From: Felis catus
Taxonomy: Eukaryota
DNA: 64,000 bases
Direction of reading: 5' to 3'
Assembly: GCF_018350175.1 (NCBI RefSeq)
Contig: NC_058368.1
Span: 67,954,001-68,018,000 of the forward strand
Each line of letters starts with the position of its first letter. Position 1 is the first letter of the stretch. A program made the position numbers and the translations under genes. Below the pieces are notes generated by a model. That model worked only from the letters and a program-made list of their open reading frames with translations, had not been told where the DNA came from and ran no database searches. This document shows, piece by piece, positions 51,699-64,000 of this stretch.

Positions 51699-52607
51699 CA
51701 ACGCTAGCAAGTTAATAATATAGTGGTATGAAAGTAAGATAAAAGACTTTTTCTTTCTTATACTTAATATCTCCATCCTGAATTTATATATAGAAACATC
51801 CGAAGTTATTATATTCTTATCATCTTATTAAATCAATCTTTGGGATTACAATATTATAAACACACAGATCAGCCAAGAAATAGATCATAATTACATAAAC
51901 TATTTGTCCTTCCTGAAATTAATAATTGTCTCATTTCTCATTTGGTCAGTTTTCTGTGACCACCTACTTCTTCATTCTCAACTCTGATGGAAGTGTGAAT
52001 CTCTTCTCAGTACCTCCAAACACATGAAATAAGGGATCAGTTTTGTTTTTCTCTGGAAAATGTTTTCTGCATTTTGTGGTCAGCTTAATCCCAGAGTCTC
52101 TGTTTTCCATTATGCCATCAATTCCCATGATTTGTCACTTATCTTAAACCCCCTATTTCCTGGGTTCCTTTTTCAAGGTTTACTTCCTCATGTTGGTGGA
52201 AAATACTCTCTAGTATCCTGAGAAAGGGTCATGGGACTTAAAGTTTTCTTCTTCTCTTACAGTTGGCTCTAGCATGAGAAACACATTTCCATTATTTCTG
52301 GTTTCCAATGCTGCTGCTGAAATTTCAGAGACATTCTCATTTCCGATCCTATGTTGTGACCTTACTTGTATCTTCTCATCTGGAACATTGTCATTCCTAC
52401 TGTTCCTAGCACATTTCATGATAATGTGCATTGGATGATGTGCTTTGGGGTAGGTATATTTTCATCTGCTTAGCTCAACATTCAGTGAATTCTCTCATTT
52501 TAGAAATTCATCTTCTTGAACCTGGAACATCTAAAAAAATACATCTCTTTGTCAGTTTCTCTCTCTCCATTTTTACTCTTCTTTCTTTCTGGAGCAACTG
52601 TTATTTG

Positions 52608-52844
52608 TTTTGTTTTGTTTTTTTTTAAATTCTTCTTTTAATGTTTTATTTTATTTTTGATACAGAGAGAGACAGAGCATGAGCGGGGGAGGGTTAGAGA
52701 GAGAGGGAGACACAGAATCCGAAGCAGGCTCCAGGCTCTGAGCTGTCAGCACAGAGCCCGACGCGAGGCTCGAACTCACAGAGGGTGAGATCGTGACCTG
52801 AGCCGAAGTCGGAAGCTCAACTGACTGAGCCACCCAGGTGCCCC
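52608..52844 (-). mobile_element. Felid SINE (SINEC_Fc)
   Basis: Perfect 18-bp TSD tggagcaactgttatttg (52590-52607 / 52845-52862). Confidence 0.97.
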
Positions 52845-54268
52845 TGGAGCAACTGTTATTTGGAAGTAGGGATTCCTGGATTGATTACCTAATTTCCTTA
52901 TAGTTTCTCTCTGATTTTCCAACTTTTTGACTTACTTTCTAGAGGATTTCCTCAACTTTCAACCCATTAAGTTTTTTTTTTTCATTTGTGCTGTCAAATT
53001 TTAATTTAAAAAAATTCTTTTTTCTTGTGTACATCAAAACACTGGGAATACTTGTTCCCTAAATATTTTTATAACCTCTTCCCCCCCCATTTTATAGATG
53101 TGATACCTTTTCTTACCTCTGAGATCTTTTTAATAGAATTAAAAAAATTATTCTCCTTTATCTTTGTTACCTCTAGCTTCTGGTTTTACTTTCATGATTT
53201 TGAACCTCAGTTTTTCTAGAGACAGCTCTCAAATATTTCGTGTTCTTTGACTAAAATTACTACCTAAGGGTGAGACATGAAAAGCTAATTGGAAACTTTG
53301 AAAATGACCCATGAGCTGTGTTGTTGGGGGGACTCCCGTCCTGCAAGAGGTGTAGATCTTTCTCTCTTGGGTTGTCTGTTTGCAGGGGAGGTAGATGCCT
53401 GGCTGCAATGTTCTGGGAGCTAGTGAAGGTAGAGGACCCTGGGGCCACTCTTAAGTTTCTGAAGATTATCACGCATCCTTGTTTTTCAGGGTACAGTACT
53501 TATCTGAGCCTAGAGTTCTTCTCTTTCACTACCTCCAGAGTAATCTGGTTTTCTACTGGAGCATGAGAAGGGCAGTCACGTGGCCAGGAAGAGCTGGAGA
53601 AAGGATCTGGAGACCTGAGTTTTCTTTCAACCAGCATTATGAGTATCTGTCAGCTGTTCGTACAGTCCCCTAACTTCAGAGATTTCTGGCGCCTCTAATT
53701 CCTGGGCTCTGGGGGATGAAATCTCCAGCTTCCGGCTGCCTACTGCCAGCGCAGGCATCGGCTTCTTTAGCTGCCAGTTACACCAGCGTTTTTCTCTTCC
53801 GCTGTGTGGTTGCAGGTCCACACCACTGGTGCCTGTTTCTTGACATTAGTGGGATTCAAAAGGGTGTGGCAATATCCATACTGGTTCCATCTATCACATT
53901 TCTGGAGGAACTACATTACACTGACATTCTCTTTCAGAACAAGGCTACTTGCTTTGGGGGTCTTGGCTAGTCAAGGATAGGGGGTTGCCCTCTGTTTCTG
54001 GGTTCAAAAATTGGTGATTTTGGTGATGTGTTTGCAAACCAATCAGTCAAATGTCTGCCTGCTGTGCATTGGGATATGGATGCTGCTCCTACCAAGGCTA
54101 GAGTATTTGGGAAATAGTAGGGCAAATCAGGATGTGGAGTGTACTGGCTCCTCTGTGAGACTTTCATGACATGCTACAAGAAAGAAAAGAACTGAACTGA
54201 AGGTGAGCTTTTAAAAATGAAAAAAAAGAGGTGCAGGAATAATTCATTTTTAAAAAAGATATTATCTT

Positions 54269-54486
54269 GGGGCGCCTGGGTGGCTCAGTCGGTTGAGCGA
54301 CCGACTTTGGCTCAGGTCATGATCTTGCAGTCTGTGAGTTCAAGCCCCACATCCGGCTCTGTGCTGACAGCTCAGAGCCTGGAGTCTGCTTCTGCTTCTG
54401 TGTCTTCCTCTTTCTCTGCCCCTCCCCCACTCACACTCTGTCTCTCTGTGTCTCAGAAATAAATAAACATTAAAAAAATTTTTTTT
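54269..54486 (+). mobile_element. Felid SINE (SINEC_Fc type)
   Basis: TSD aaagatattatctt / agagatattatctt. Confidence 0.96.
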
Positions 54487-55539
54487 AGAGATATTATCTT
54501 TGGTTAGGGCCTGAAATCGTTTAAAACGCCAGATTCTCTCCTTAAATCAAGAAGAGCTGGATGCTTAATAAGAGATGAAATGGGGCAGTGAGCATGAGTT
54601 GTTAGCATCTCCCAAGTCCCTCTCCTTAAGCATTTGGACCTACAAGGTGATCAGGCCTGAGGGGAAAGAAGGAATTATTGGTGGTGCTTCCCTGCCCAAG
54701 GCTATGGTTTCGAATTTCATCACAGCAGAGGCCTTTAAATCCAAAGCCAAGGGATGGTCAGGCTCCAGAAACCTGTGGCAGGGAGACTGGAGTTCGAGAA
54801 GCAAAGATGATTGAAGATATAAGTAGACCAGGAGTTTATTAAATAATTGAAGAAGTGGATTGCCAAAGAAACTCAAACCCGTGAATTACAGCGTGTGACT
54901 GTTTATCTCCTAACATAATCCTCAGGCCACTAACCCCTCTCCCTTTGAACTGGCCTTGGTTTACTATTGTTATTCAATCTTGAGAAGGGGCTTCTTGGTT
55001 ATCATCTCCTGTGTGGATTTGGAGAACAGTGCAAATGGAAGATGCTTTTCGCAGGTATAAACAAAGATTTTGGAAGACAAAGGACCAAGAGAGTCTCCAA
55101 GAGCAGAACTGAGGTTAAGTTTGCTGGTGAAGAACCTACTCATATCCAGAAAGGAATCATTGCTCACTCTGTCCTGTTGGGTATGGTTTGTCCTGTCAAT
55201 CAGGAAGCTCTGTGCAGTGTTTCTCGGCTCCCCTTTTCAGAATTAGGTATTTTTTATCTTAAAAAAATTGCTGTTATTGGGTCCTTATTGACTGTTGTGT
55301 GTTAGGTATGTTGGAAATAGATGATTTATCTTTTAGATGCGTGTTGCTGAATCAGAGAACCCGACCAGGTTCCAAGAAGTGGATATGGTGTCACCCAGAT
55401 GTCCTGAACTTGGAGCCGGTTGCAGAAACGAATTCAATGTATAAAAACAAGAAGCAGCACAATCTAAAAGACACCTGACATGTGAAGGGTAGTTGGCGGT
55501 CGATTCAGGACAGAAAATTTGTTGATGGATAGACCTGGT

Positions 55540-55735
55540 GGAAGTCTGAGCTCTGTCATTTCCGTTGTGTACCTGGGGCACATTGACCTCTCCAAACTGC
55601 CTATTTTTCAAATATAAAGCAGGGATAGCAATGCCTCCCTCATAGATTGATGAAAAGATGATCAGGGGTAGTGTATATGAAGCATGTAGCAGAGTGCTTG
55701 GCATGGAGGAAGAGTGCCATCAGTGTTAGCTATTT
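55540..55735 (+). mobile_element. MIR SINE
   Basis: gctctgtcattt...tgtgtacctggggca...gcagagtgcttggcat...tgttagctatt. Confidence 0.75.
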
Positions 55736-56883
55736 TGATCTGGACTTGTGCTTACTGAGCTGGGTACTGAGATGTGCGGAAGTAGGTGGCATGGTTGGGG
55801 TCCTTGGAATCAGTCTATGATTTTCTTAGCATGTCAACACTTCTCCTGTGGCATCATCTCATTTTTTTGGGAGAGAGGATCATCTCATTTGCATGTCAGC
55901 ATCTCTTATCAAACCCTGTACTCTGCCTGCACATCACAATTCATTTTATAATTCTAGTCTCATGGCCCAACCCAGTGCTGTGTCGTAGATGCTCAGTAAA
56001 TGTTTTTTAAATGAATACATGTTTATACTTGTATATAGATACTTATCACTAATTCTTTTCTTAAGTCAATGTTTATACACATACACACAAAATGTTTTGG
56101 ATTTTCTTAGCTTCCAGCTTATATCTTGTAGAAATATTGGATGTTTTCTTCTCAGACATAATGGCTAAACTAACAAAGAAAGTCTTTGAAGTTCCATCTT
56201 TTCTGGGTATATGTAGAAAAATCAGCTATTTATTCCCAACTAAGCTTCTACAGGGTTGGGGGGAAAATGGCATTCCTTTTCTGTGAAGTAAAAATAATCT
56301 ATAAAATATCTTTTCAATTTAGATCTCTGTGCAGAATTTGGCCAGTGTTCAAAATGGGAAGAGAAAATGTGATGGATTGCTTTCAGAACCTTATCCTATT
56401 TTTAAAAAAGTAGTCTAAAATATTAATGTGTTAATTTTTAGATTACATTTTTGATGTATAGATTAAAACAATAAAATACATTTAAAATTTAATCCAATTA
56501 AAAAATCACACCATTTTAAACTTGAGCCATGCTTTCATTTGCTATTAGGAAGGGCTCTTACTTTGTTTTGTAGGACTAGTTTTTCCTTCAGCATGGGAAA
56601 CTTGCACCATGTGAATCTTAAAATGAAGCAATTTGTAAATATATATGCATGTATATGTACACAGTTTTCAATATATCAGGTGCAACACATATGTAAGTTT
56701 ATGACATTTAAAAAATTATCTGATATACAAGTTTCTTTTCATGAAGAGACCACTCTAGCATGTTCTCATGGTGTTTTAAAACTAAGATATTCTTACCCCA
56801 GGGATACATAGGAATATATCAGGATTATTGTGAAGTCCTAGGGTAAACATGAGAAATGGAGGTTGAGGGGCTGAGTTAAGTAT

Positions 56884-56888
<5 letters not shown>

Positions 56889-56914
<26 letters not shown>

Positions 56915-57107
56915 TTCTTAAATATTTATTTTTGGGAGGACACAAGCGGGGGGGGGGGCAGAGAGAGGGGGACAGAGGATCCGAAGGGGGATCTGCACGG
57001 ACAGGCTGTCAGCAGCGAGCCTGATGTGGGGCTCGAACTCACAAACTGCGACATCATGACCTGAGCTGAAGTTGGACACTCAACCAACTGAGCCACCCAG
57101 GTGCCCC
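56889..57107 (-). mobile_element. Feliform SINE variant
   Basis: TSD taagtatttatt / taagtattcatt; body variant gaggatccgaag...ctgcacggacaggctgtcagcagcgagcc. Confidence 0.93.
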
Positions 57108-57439
57108 GTAAGTATTCATTGAATGTTAATTAAAACACTTTTTATAATGAAAAAGTAGATATATTACGGAATTGGATAAAAATTCTTACAGACATTTTAA
57201 AGCTAAAATTTCAAACTTCAAGAATATTTTAAGAGTTGGACTCCCAAGCTCTAAGGGATGCATCTTCATTCTCCTTTACCATTACCGTAAAAATTTTTAT
57301 AACCTTTGCTAAAAGATAATTATTTAGTATGTTTATTTTAATTACCATGTGTAGAGGTGATTTGTAATTTATATATCCTCAGTTCATATAAGATACTCTT
57401 AATCAAGTGTTCATGTGTACATCATAAGGTGCTCTAAAT

Positions 57440-57683
57440 CAAGGGTTCATATGTACATCCTTAAATTGAATGCAGCTACATGTGAATATGTTTGTATTTG
57501 GTACCCTTTCTCCAGCATCGAACCCTCTTTTTATCTAAAAGGAATTATGTACTAATAGAAGAGCTTCCTTATTCTTCAGCATCAATGACAATCAGACTCA
57601 TTTGTCTTCTACCCAAAAAAGGTCCATGATTTTCATCAGATTCATGAAGGTCTCTGTGGTGAAAATAGTATTAAGAACTTACT
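57440..57683. mobile_element. hAT MER103C-like element with ~100-bp internal insert
   Basis: 3' block ggtccatgattttcatcagattc..gaagg...ttaagaacttactg; flanks ctctaaat / atttaaat. Confidence 0.6.
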
Positions 57684-57789
57684 GATTTAAATTTTTTAGA
57701 AAAGTTTGTCATACGTAGGTTGGGAGATCTGTGGACAAATGATCACTTTCCAAATTTAGACACTTATGACTTGAAACTCGATGGCAGTT

Positions 57790-57945
57790 TCTTTGCATAT
57801 TATTTGTTAATATTATTTGTTTACCACATCTTCTTCCTCTAGACTATGAAGTTCATGAAGGGTAAGGACTGTGTCTTATTAGCTTTAAAGTCCAAGCATC
57901 TAATACTATGCCTGGCTCAGTAGTACGTGTCAAGTGGAACTGAAT
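57790..57945 (+). mobile_element. L2 3' end
   Basis: ctagactatgaagttcatgaagggtaaggactgtgtctta...tgcctggc. Confidence 0.7.
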
Positions 57946-58678
57946 AACAAGCCCACTCATATAGGCCCTCTGAAGCATTGCCCTTGTAACCAACAGAACA
58001 TTCTGTTGCACGTTAGTTTTAACTTAAATGATTTAATTATCATGTTTACTTGCTAATGTCATCCTATCAATTGTATTTTAGAGTTGGATGTTTTGAAGAA
58101 TAGCTTCTCCTTAACAAGACAGAATCCAGACAAAGCAATAATCTGTCTTTACTCAACCCAGACTTAATATGTTCATTCTGATTTAATTTAATTTTCTTCT
58201 GCTCATGGCACTGAAATTTTCAAATGGTTCATTTGGTGCTTAATTATCAGCTAAAATTTTTACCCTATCTAGAGAGAAGCCATGCTGTGTCAAGTGCATA
58301 TAATTTATCTGGGTACAATTCTGTTCTCACTATTGTTGGGCTTTGTGTTATTCAAGAAAAAATGCTTCCATCTGTGACTCTAGATTAGAGATAACTGATA
58401 CATTTCAGATAGGATTTCTAAATTTCAGGGGCAAATACCATATCTTTGGACTCTATGTCTGTACTCTGTACTTAATATTGTACTGTTTCTCTCCTCTCTT
58501 AAAGGGATTTGTCCTAACTGCCAAGCTGACAAAGGGTCATGGAACCTTTCCTTTCATCCAAAGATAATTATTACTAAGAGAAGGGATTTCTTATTCTTCA
58601 GCATCAATGACAGCCACGCTCATCAGTCTGTTCCTTAGCTGCTTAAGAGATGGGATGTGTTACTTCTCCTCAGCCTCC

Positions 58679-59192
58679 TGTATGTTTCCCATTGCTGCTG
58701 CAACAAAATACTACAGACTACAAAATACTGGTACACTTTTAATGGCTTAAAACGAAACAAATGTGTAATATTTAGGTCTGAAGTCCAACACTTGTCTCAC
58801 TGGGCTAAAGTCAAAGCGATGACAAAGCTCCATTCTCTTCTTAAGGCTCCAGGGGAGGATCTGTTTTCTTGCTTTTTCCAGCTTCTAGAAACTCTCCACC
58901 TTCTTTAGCTTGTGGCCTCTTCCATCTTCAAAGTCAGCAATGGAACGTCCAGTCCTCGGCACGGTACATCACGCTGACCTCCTCTTATGCTATTCTTTTC
59001 TACTTTTAAGGACCCTTATGATTACATTGGGCCCATCTAGAGAATGCAGGATAATTTCTGTTTTAAGGTCACCTGTTTAGCAACCTCAATTCTCCTTTGC
59101 CATATCACACAATGCATTCATAGGTTTTTGCAGATAAGACATTGACATTCTTGCTGGCGAGCGGAGGCAAGGTAATTTTTCTCATGACCATA
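58679..59192 (-). mobile_element. MaLR LTR MLT1D-like
   Basis: ccattgctgctgcaacaaa...ctcactgggctaaagtcaa...ttttaaggacccttatgattacattgggccca; TSD cctcc / tctcc. Confidence 0.88.
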
Positions 59193-59399
59193 TCTCCCAT
59201 TATCTTTTCCTTCTCTTAAACTGTTAATTATCTTTTCATATCCCTATTTCTTTCACGTCATTCCTTATTCATAGTATCCCTTATTCATCTTGTTTATTAT
59301 GTTGTATTTAGCTTTACTTTATCTAGCCTACAGTTATATACTTGTATGTATGTGTGTGCAGGTGTCAGATGAAGCTTTTCAAAAATATTACCACTTTAT

Positions 59400-59720
59400 A
59401 AGAGATGTATAAGATTGTCCTAAGATAGGCACTATTTTCATCTTCATTTTACAGATGAGGAAATAGGGGCCCAGAGAAAACAGTCATTTGTCTAACAGTT
59501 CTTCAACAATTAATATACTCTTTCCTTATTCATACATTTTGCTTAGGATTAAAAGAAAAAACCTGTAGAAATAATCAGGAGGAAAGAGATACTTATTTAA
59601 ATGTCTTCTTTGAGGGGTAGGTATCATTGTCATCATTTCCTAGGTTGAGTCTCAAAACTTAGAGCACTTGTCCAAGGTCAAACAACTGTTTTGGAACACC
59701 AAAGCTTATGATCTTTGCAT
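59400..59720 (-). mobile_element. MIR fragments
   Basis: cttcattttacagatgaggaaata.gggcccagaga; acttgtccaaggtca. Confidence 0.6.
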
Positions 59721-61080
59721 CATGAGATATTGTCTTGCCCAATGAATATTTATAGGTTTGGTTGTACATGGCCACTACTCTTTCTCTTTCTTATTGATTG
59801 GATAGTTGTTAAACATAGGGAGTGCACATATTACATTTCGGGATATGTTTATTGAATGTGTATTGTCTCCTGTGGTAGTTAGAAGCATATCCTGACCCTG
59901 AGCTGTCCTTTATTACAAAGAAGTGTTCAGTTCGTATTTCAGTTCTTCCTTTTGATGTTACTTTCACATTGGATGTTTCTGTTGAATGAAGGTCATTATT
60001 GCTCGTGAACAGTGTCATTGGTCTCTGGAACACCATCTAAGAATCAGTGTGATGAGCCAGCTGATTGAGGTGTTGTAAGAACACCCGTTCTGCCCATGGA
60101 TGGATGAAGAATTTTTTGACATGATTTTTTTTGGCTTTCTCCTTGATTATTCTCTTCTCCGTGTATAAATAATAAGGACAGAAAGGAAATTCTTTTTCAA
60201 TTGTGTAAGGATCAAATTCGGACAAAAGTAATGGAATACAGGCACATTTTCTAGTAAAATTATCTTCTGTTTTCATGCTGAAGAAACATTTGGGTTAGGA
60301 ATAATCTCACCCCACAGCATGGATTAAGGCAGCATTTGAGAAACACACTAGAGTCAGGGGTACTGAGAGACATTTTGCTGTTTGTTTTGTCTTAGAGATA
60401 TATTTGCATTGAAGTAGGCAGCCTTTGGAGGAACTCTTCCTTAGAGTGAGCTCATAGTGCCTTGTTTTTCATAAGGCTATCATCAATCCTTGAAAAATGC
60501 AATTACTTAGAAAACAAAATATAGCCTCTAGCATTTTACCTGAAATATTCCTATTCATAGTTGTTTCAGAGCATTGTTGTTTTTAGGCTAGACAGCTTTT
60601 TTCTAAAGCATGTTTGTCTTAGTGACTACATTAATTTTTAAGCGTGCTGTGCTGTGTGTGTGTGTGTGTGTCCACAGCCCAGTATTATTTATTAGAATGG
60701 TATGAGGATGTTATGTTGCTAAAGGATTTCAGATACTGCTAGGTGTGCGAGAATTTTATTTGACCAGTAGAATTCATTTCTGCCACACCCATATTTACCA
60801 TTTACATTTCTACTGTTTACTTCATGTGTAGTAGTGGACAAGTATTTACCATATTGTTCAGTTGAAGTATATTTGATTTCTCATCTATGATAAAAATCCT
60901 CTGTTGGAACCAGCTGTGCTTTGACCATACTAAATATTACTTATAAAAATAAAACCAAGAAAAACAGGTACTATAATTCCATGTTTGTATATTCTTGCTG
61001 GAGGATTGGAAATGTGATAAAACTTGATAACATTTTACACTGACCTGTGACACACTGAGAGCGGACCATCAATCAGCAGG

Positions 61081-61598
61081 TAAGGCAGACAGCCTGTTAG
61101 ATGGTCCCCAGTAATCCCAGCCTCTGGGTACTAATGACCTTGTGTGATCCCCTTCCCTTGAGGAACTTTCTTCTAACATACAGAATATGGTAACATTAAA
61201 GGAATGTCACTTCCATGATTAGGTTACAAGAGATTGTGACTTCTTTCTTGATAGTGGACTCTATTCGCTTTTCTGCATATATGCTTTGCTGAAGCAAGCT
61301 GTCGTGTTGGAGAGATCCCTATGGCAAGGAACTGAGGGTGGCTTCCAGCCAACAGCCAGCATGGAATTTAATCCTGCAAACAACTACATAAGCTTGATGT
61401 GGGTCCTTCTTAATTCAAGGCTACAGCTGAGACCCCAGCTTTGACACCTTCATTACAGTCTGTGTGAGATCCTGAGGCAGAGAACCCAGATAGGCTGTGC
61501 CTGGATTCCTGATACACAGACATTATGAGATAAGAATCGTGCATTGTTTTAAGCTACTTTAAGCTTTGTGGCCATTTGTTATGCAGAAATAGAACATC
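61081..61598 (+). mobile_element. MaLR LTR (MLT1E/F-like)
   Basis: ccttgtgtgatccccttcccttgag, atggcaaggaactgaggg, gcctggattcctga, atttgttatgcag.aataga. Confidence 0.85.
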
Positions 61599-62089
61599 AG
61601 CACAGCCTGCCCAAGCTTCCATTCTGTTGTGAAATGTACAATGACGTTGCCAACAAAACGTAATGGTTGACCATTCGTCCCAACCATATTCAAGTCTTAT
61701 GTTCCTTTGCTGCCTTTTTTCACCTAAGACCCAGGCTTGATGAAATGCTCATTGTTTCAGCAGCCATTGTTCAGAAAATTGATTTTCATAAATGAAACCA
61801 GTAGCCTGATGAAAGCTTCCCTGTGTACATATTCCAACTGTGCAATTTTGAGGAATCCTTAAATTTTATACTGCAGGATGACCTACTATTTGGAATCTAT
61901 AATAAATCCTTTCCTTCTGACTGGACCACAGTTAACATTAGTAGGAATTAATAATATAATCAGAAAAGATGCTGGGTGGGGATACTGCATTCTTTTTAGA
62001 CTTAGAGTTCAGAGGAATAGAATATATTACACAATTCTTTGATTAGGGAAAATTCCACTTCTACCCTCTGCCACTTTTTGCTAGAGCTC

Positions 62090-62375
62090 TTTGTTCCCAG
62101 TCACCTTTTAGATCTCAGTTGAATGACACTCTCTCCAGATACTTTAGCTGACACCCTTCTTTACTTTTTCCCTTCCACCAGGAGTAAACTGGGTGCTCCC
62201 ACTCTGTGCTTCCCATTCCACTGAAAAGCTATTGTTTAATTATTGGTATCTCCCAACAGGCTTCAGGTCCATTAAAGCAAGGAGTATAAATCCCTTATCC
62301 ACCTAGTATCGCTAGCACCTAGCATACTCTTTGGTATAGAGTGAGCACTCAGTAAGAATTTCATTGAAGAAATAA
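62090..62375 (+). mobile_element. L2 3' end
   Basis: ctagcacctagcatac..tggtatagagtgagcactcagtaa. Confidence 0.65.
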
Positions 62376-63247
62376 AGTTAAATGTCAATAAGATGCAATC
62401 AAAATTCTTACCAATGGAATCAGCAAAAATGTGGGAGAAGGTGCTTGCCCCAGAAAATCTACAGGTCGTGGAAAACTACTGACACTTGCTTTGCTGGAAG
62501 TTATTACAGCAGCACTCTACTGGTAAATATATGAATGTTGGGTATAGATTGTTCCAAAGAGAATCCCATCTAAGGAGGTGTAACATTCAAAATCCATTAG
62601 AGTCAAGTTGAGGACCTATTACTGTAGTCCCGATTACTCAGAGTTCTGGAGGTGTTGGCTATTCACATAACACTAAAAGCCATGGGTTGTATCATATTTA
62701 GAGGGTCTGAGGGAATGTGCCTCAAAGTACATCTGCATTTTTTGAAATAGTGCTAATCAATGATTAACCATGTAAAATGAAACCTAACTCTGATTGTGAC
62801 ATAATTGGTAAATATGCCTTCCATAGCATTTTCCCCCAAAGAACTATTTGTCAAGGTTACTGAAACCAATGTGTGTACTTGTGGATTCAGTGAGAAATCA
62901 CTAAGTGTTGTGTTGTGAAAACTCCCTCACAGAGGGACTTTGGCTTGTCTTCTCAAGGACTGCAGGCATGTATTTCACCACCCAGAGAACCAGCAACCAG
63001 GGCAGTTAGAATAGCCCAGCTTCAGAAAGGTCTCAACTGCTTTCCCCAGACACTGTTCAAAGTGGTGGGCACTTATGGGAACAGCCAGTATCTTTATGTC
63101 TAGATCTCTTCAGGCCACACATGCTCTTGAAGATTGGACTTTGTGCTTAAAGAAAAATAAAAGTGAAGAAAAGCCTGATAACTAATCAAAGTGTTCTTAG
63201 TCACACATGGCAGTTGGGTTTATGTCACAGATGAAAGCCAGGGATGC

Positions 63248-63571
63248 TTTTTATTAAAGTCTTTACTTAAATTCCAGTTAGTTAAGGGGGCACTTGGGTG
63301 GTGGCTAAGTTGGTTAAGCGTACCAGTCTTGATTTTGGCTCAGGGCATGATCTCCTAGTCATAAGATCAAGCCCTGTGTTAGGCTCCATGCTGGGCATGG
63401 AGCCTTCTTAAGATCCTCTTTTTCTCTCTCTCTCTGCCACCCCATCTCAAAGTAAATAAATAAACTTAAAAAAAACCCATTGAAGACATGAATTCCCATT
63501 AGTTAACATACAGTGCAATATTAGCGTCAGGAGCACAATTTAGTGACTCAGCCCTTCTATACATGCTCATC
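63248..63571 (-). mobile_element. Carnivore L1 3' end split by a SINE
   Basis: aaattccagttagttaa|catacagtgcaatattag..tcagg...aatttagtgactca is the reverse complement of the motif at 25736-25885. Confidence 0.85.
63286..63475 (+). mobile_element. Older carnivore SINE (SINEC)
   Basis: TSD aattccagttagttaa (63270-63285) / aattcccattagttaa (63491-63506). Confidence 0.9.
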
Positions 63572-64000
63572 CTACGCTTTGAATACAGACAACTGACAGA
63601 GAAAAAAAAAATTCATGAAAGTTAGGGTTTACCAAATTAAAATTTCATGACAGTTTATATCCTGGAACACTCTGTCCTTGATTGACTAATAATACCCTAA
63701 ATGTTATATTGCCCCATAAATAGAAATTTGTAAACTTACACGAAAGATTTGAGTTCATGTTCAGTCGAATGTTGACTTGCATTTTCTTCTGCATTTGCAA
63801 TAATCTTTAAGTACCAGTACAATTTTCAGTTAACGTTCTATGAGTTATTAATGGGGCATGGGCTGCTAAGTTAAAGTTAAAAAGTAGAACAACGGGTTCT
63901 CAGGTTTCCAGCTTTTTCCCCATAATTTGAAATAAGCAAATCAAGCGTATTTGTGTGTTCTATATTATATTTTTAAAGACGGTATTGTGGTGGTGTTCTG

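Larger units (their letters stand above)
49900..54150 (-). mobile_element. HAL1-like L1-derived element, fragmented by insertions
   Basis: gtgaatctcttctcag..ccaaacacat, tcctgagaaagggt, ttccaatgctgctgctga, gcctctaattcctgggc resemble antisense HAL1. Confidence 0.6.

Noticed and set aside
55337..55488. Exon-like segment after tttatcttttag
   Set aside because: Stops in all three frames and a weak donor; no support as a coding exon
61071..61086. Strong donor cag|gtaagg
   Set aside because: Coincides with the start of an MLT1 LTR; no convincing upstream acceptor
1..64000. CRISPR arrays, operons, rRNA/snRNA genes, NUMT, processed pseudogene, CpG-island promoter, host gene identity
   Set aside because: No regularly spaced repeat-spacer array, no recognisable RNA gene, mitochondrial or retrocopy sequence, and no CpG island seen by eye; the host gene cannot be named without a database search

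Overview
This is AT-rich, non-coding mammalian DNA. It almost certainly comes from a felid: it holds 19 carnivore tRNA-derived SINEs, several with young SINEC_Fc-type diagnostic motifs, plus carnivore L1 3' ends. I found no protein-coding gene, structural RNA gene, CRISPR array or prokaryotic feature that I can support. The listed ORFs are SINE, microsatellite or T-rich read-throughs. The window looks like a large intron or intergenic region built from layered transposable elements (SINEC, L1/HAL1, L2, MIR, MaLR/ERV LTRs, hAT MITEs) with unique stretches in between. The best leads are: a ~92-bp local duplication apparently captured inside a hAT element (57516-57607 vs 58538-58629); a pre-miRNA-sized hairpin (14011-14076); a CTCF-like plus RFX X-box site pair (49342-49393); candidate cryptic exons or microexons (36741-37885, 41748-41865); and inverted SINE clusters. 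I cannot claim a new biological system from sequence alone. Repeat family names come from my recollection of consensus sequences and should be confirmed with RepeatMasker/Dfam. Boundaries of old elements are approximate.
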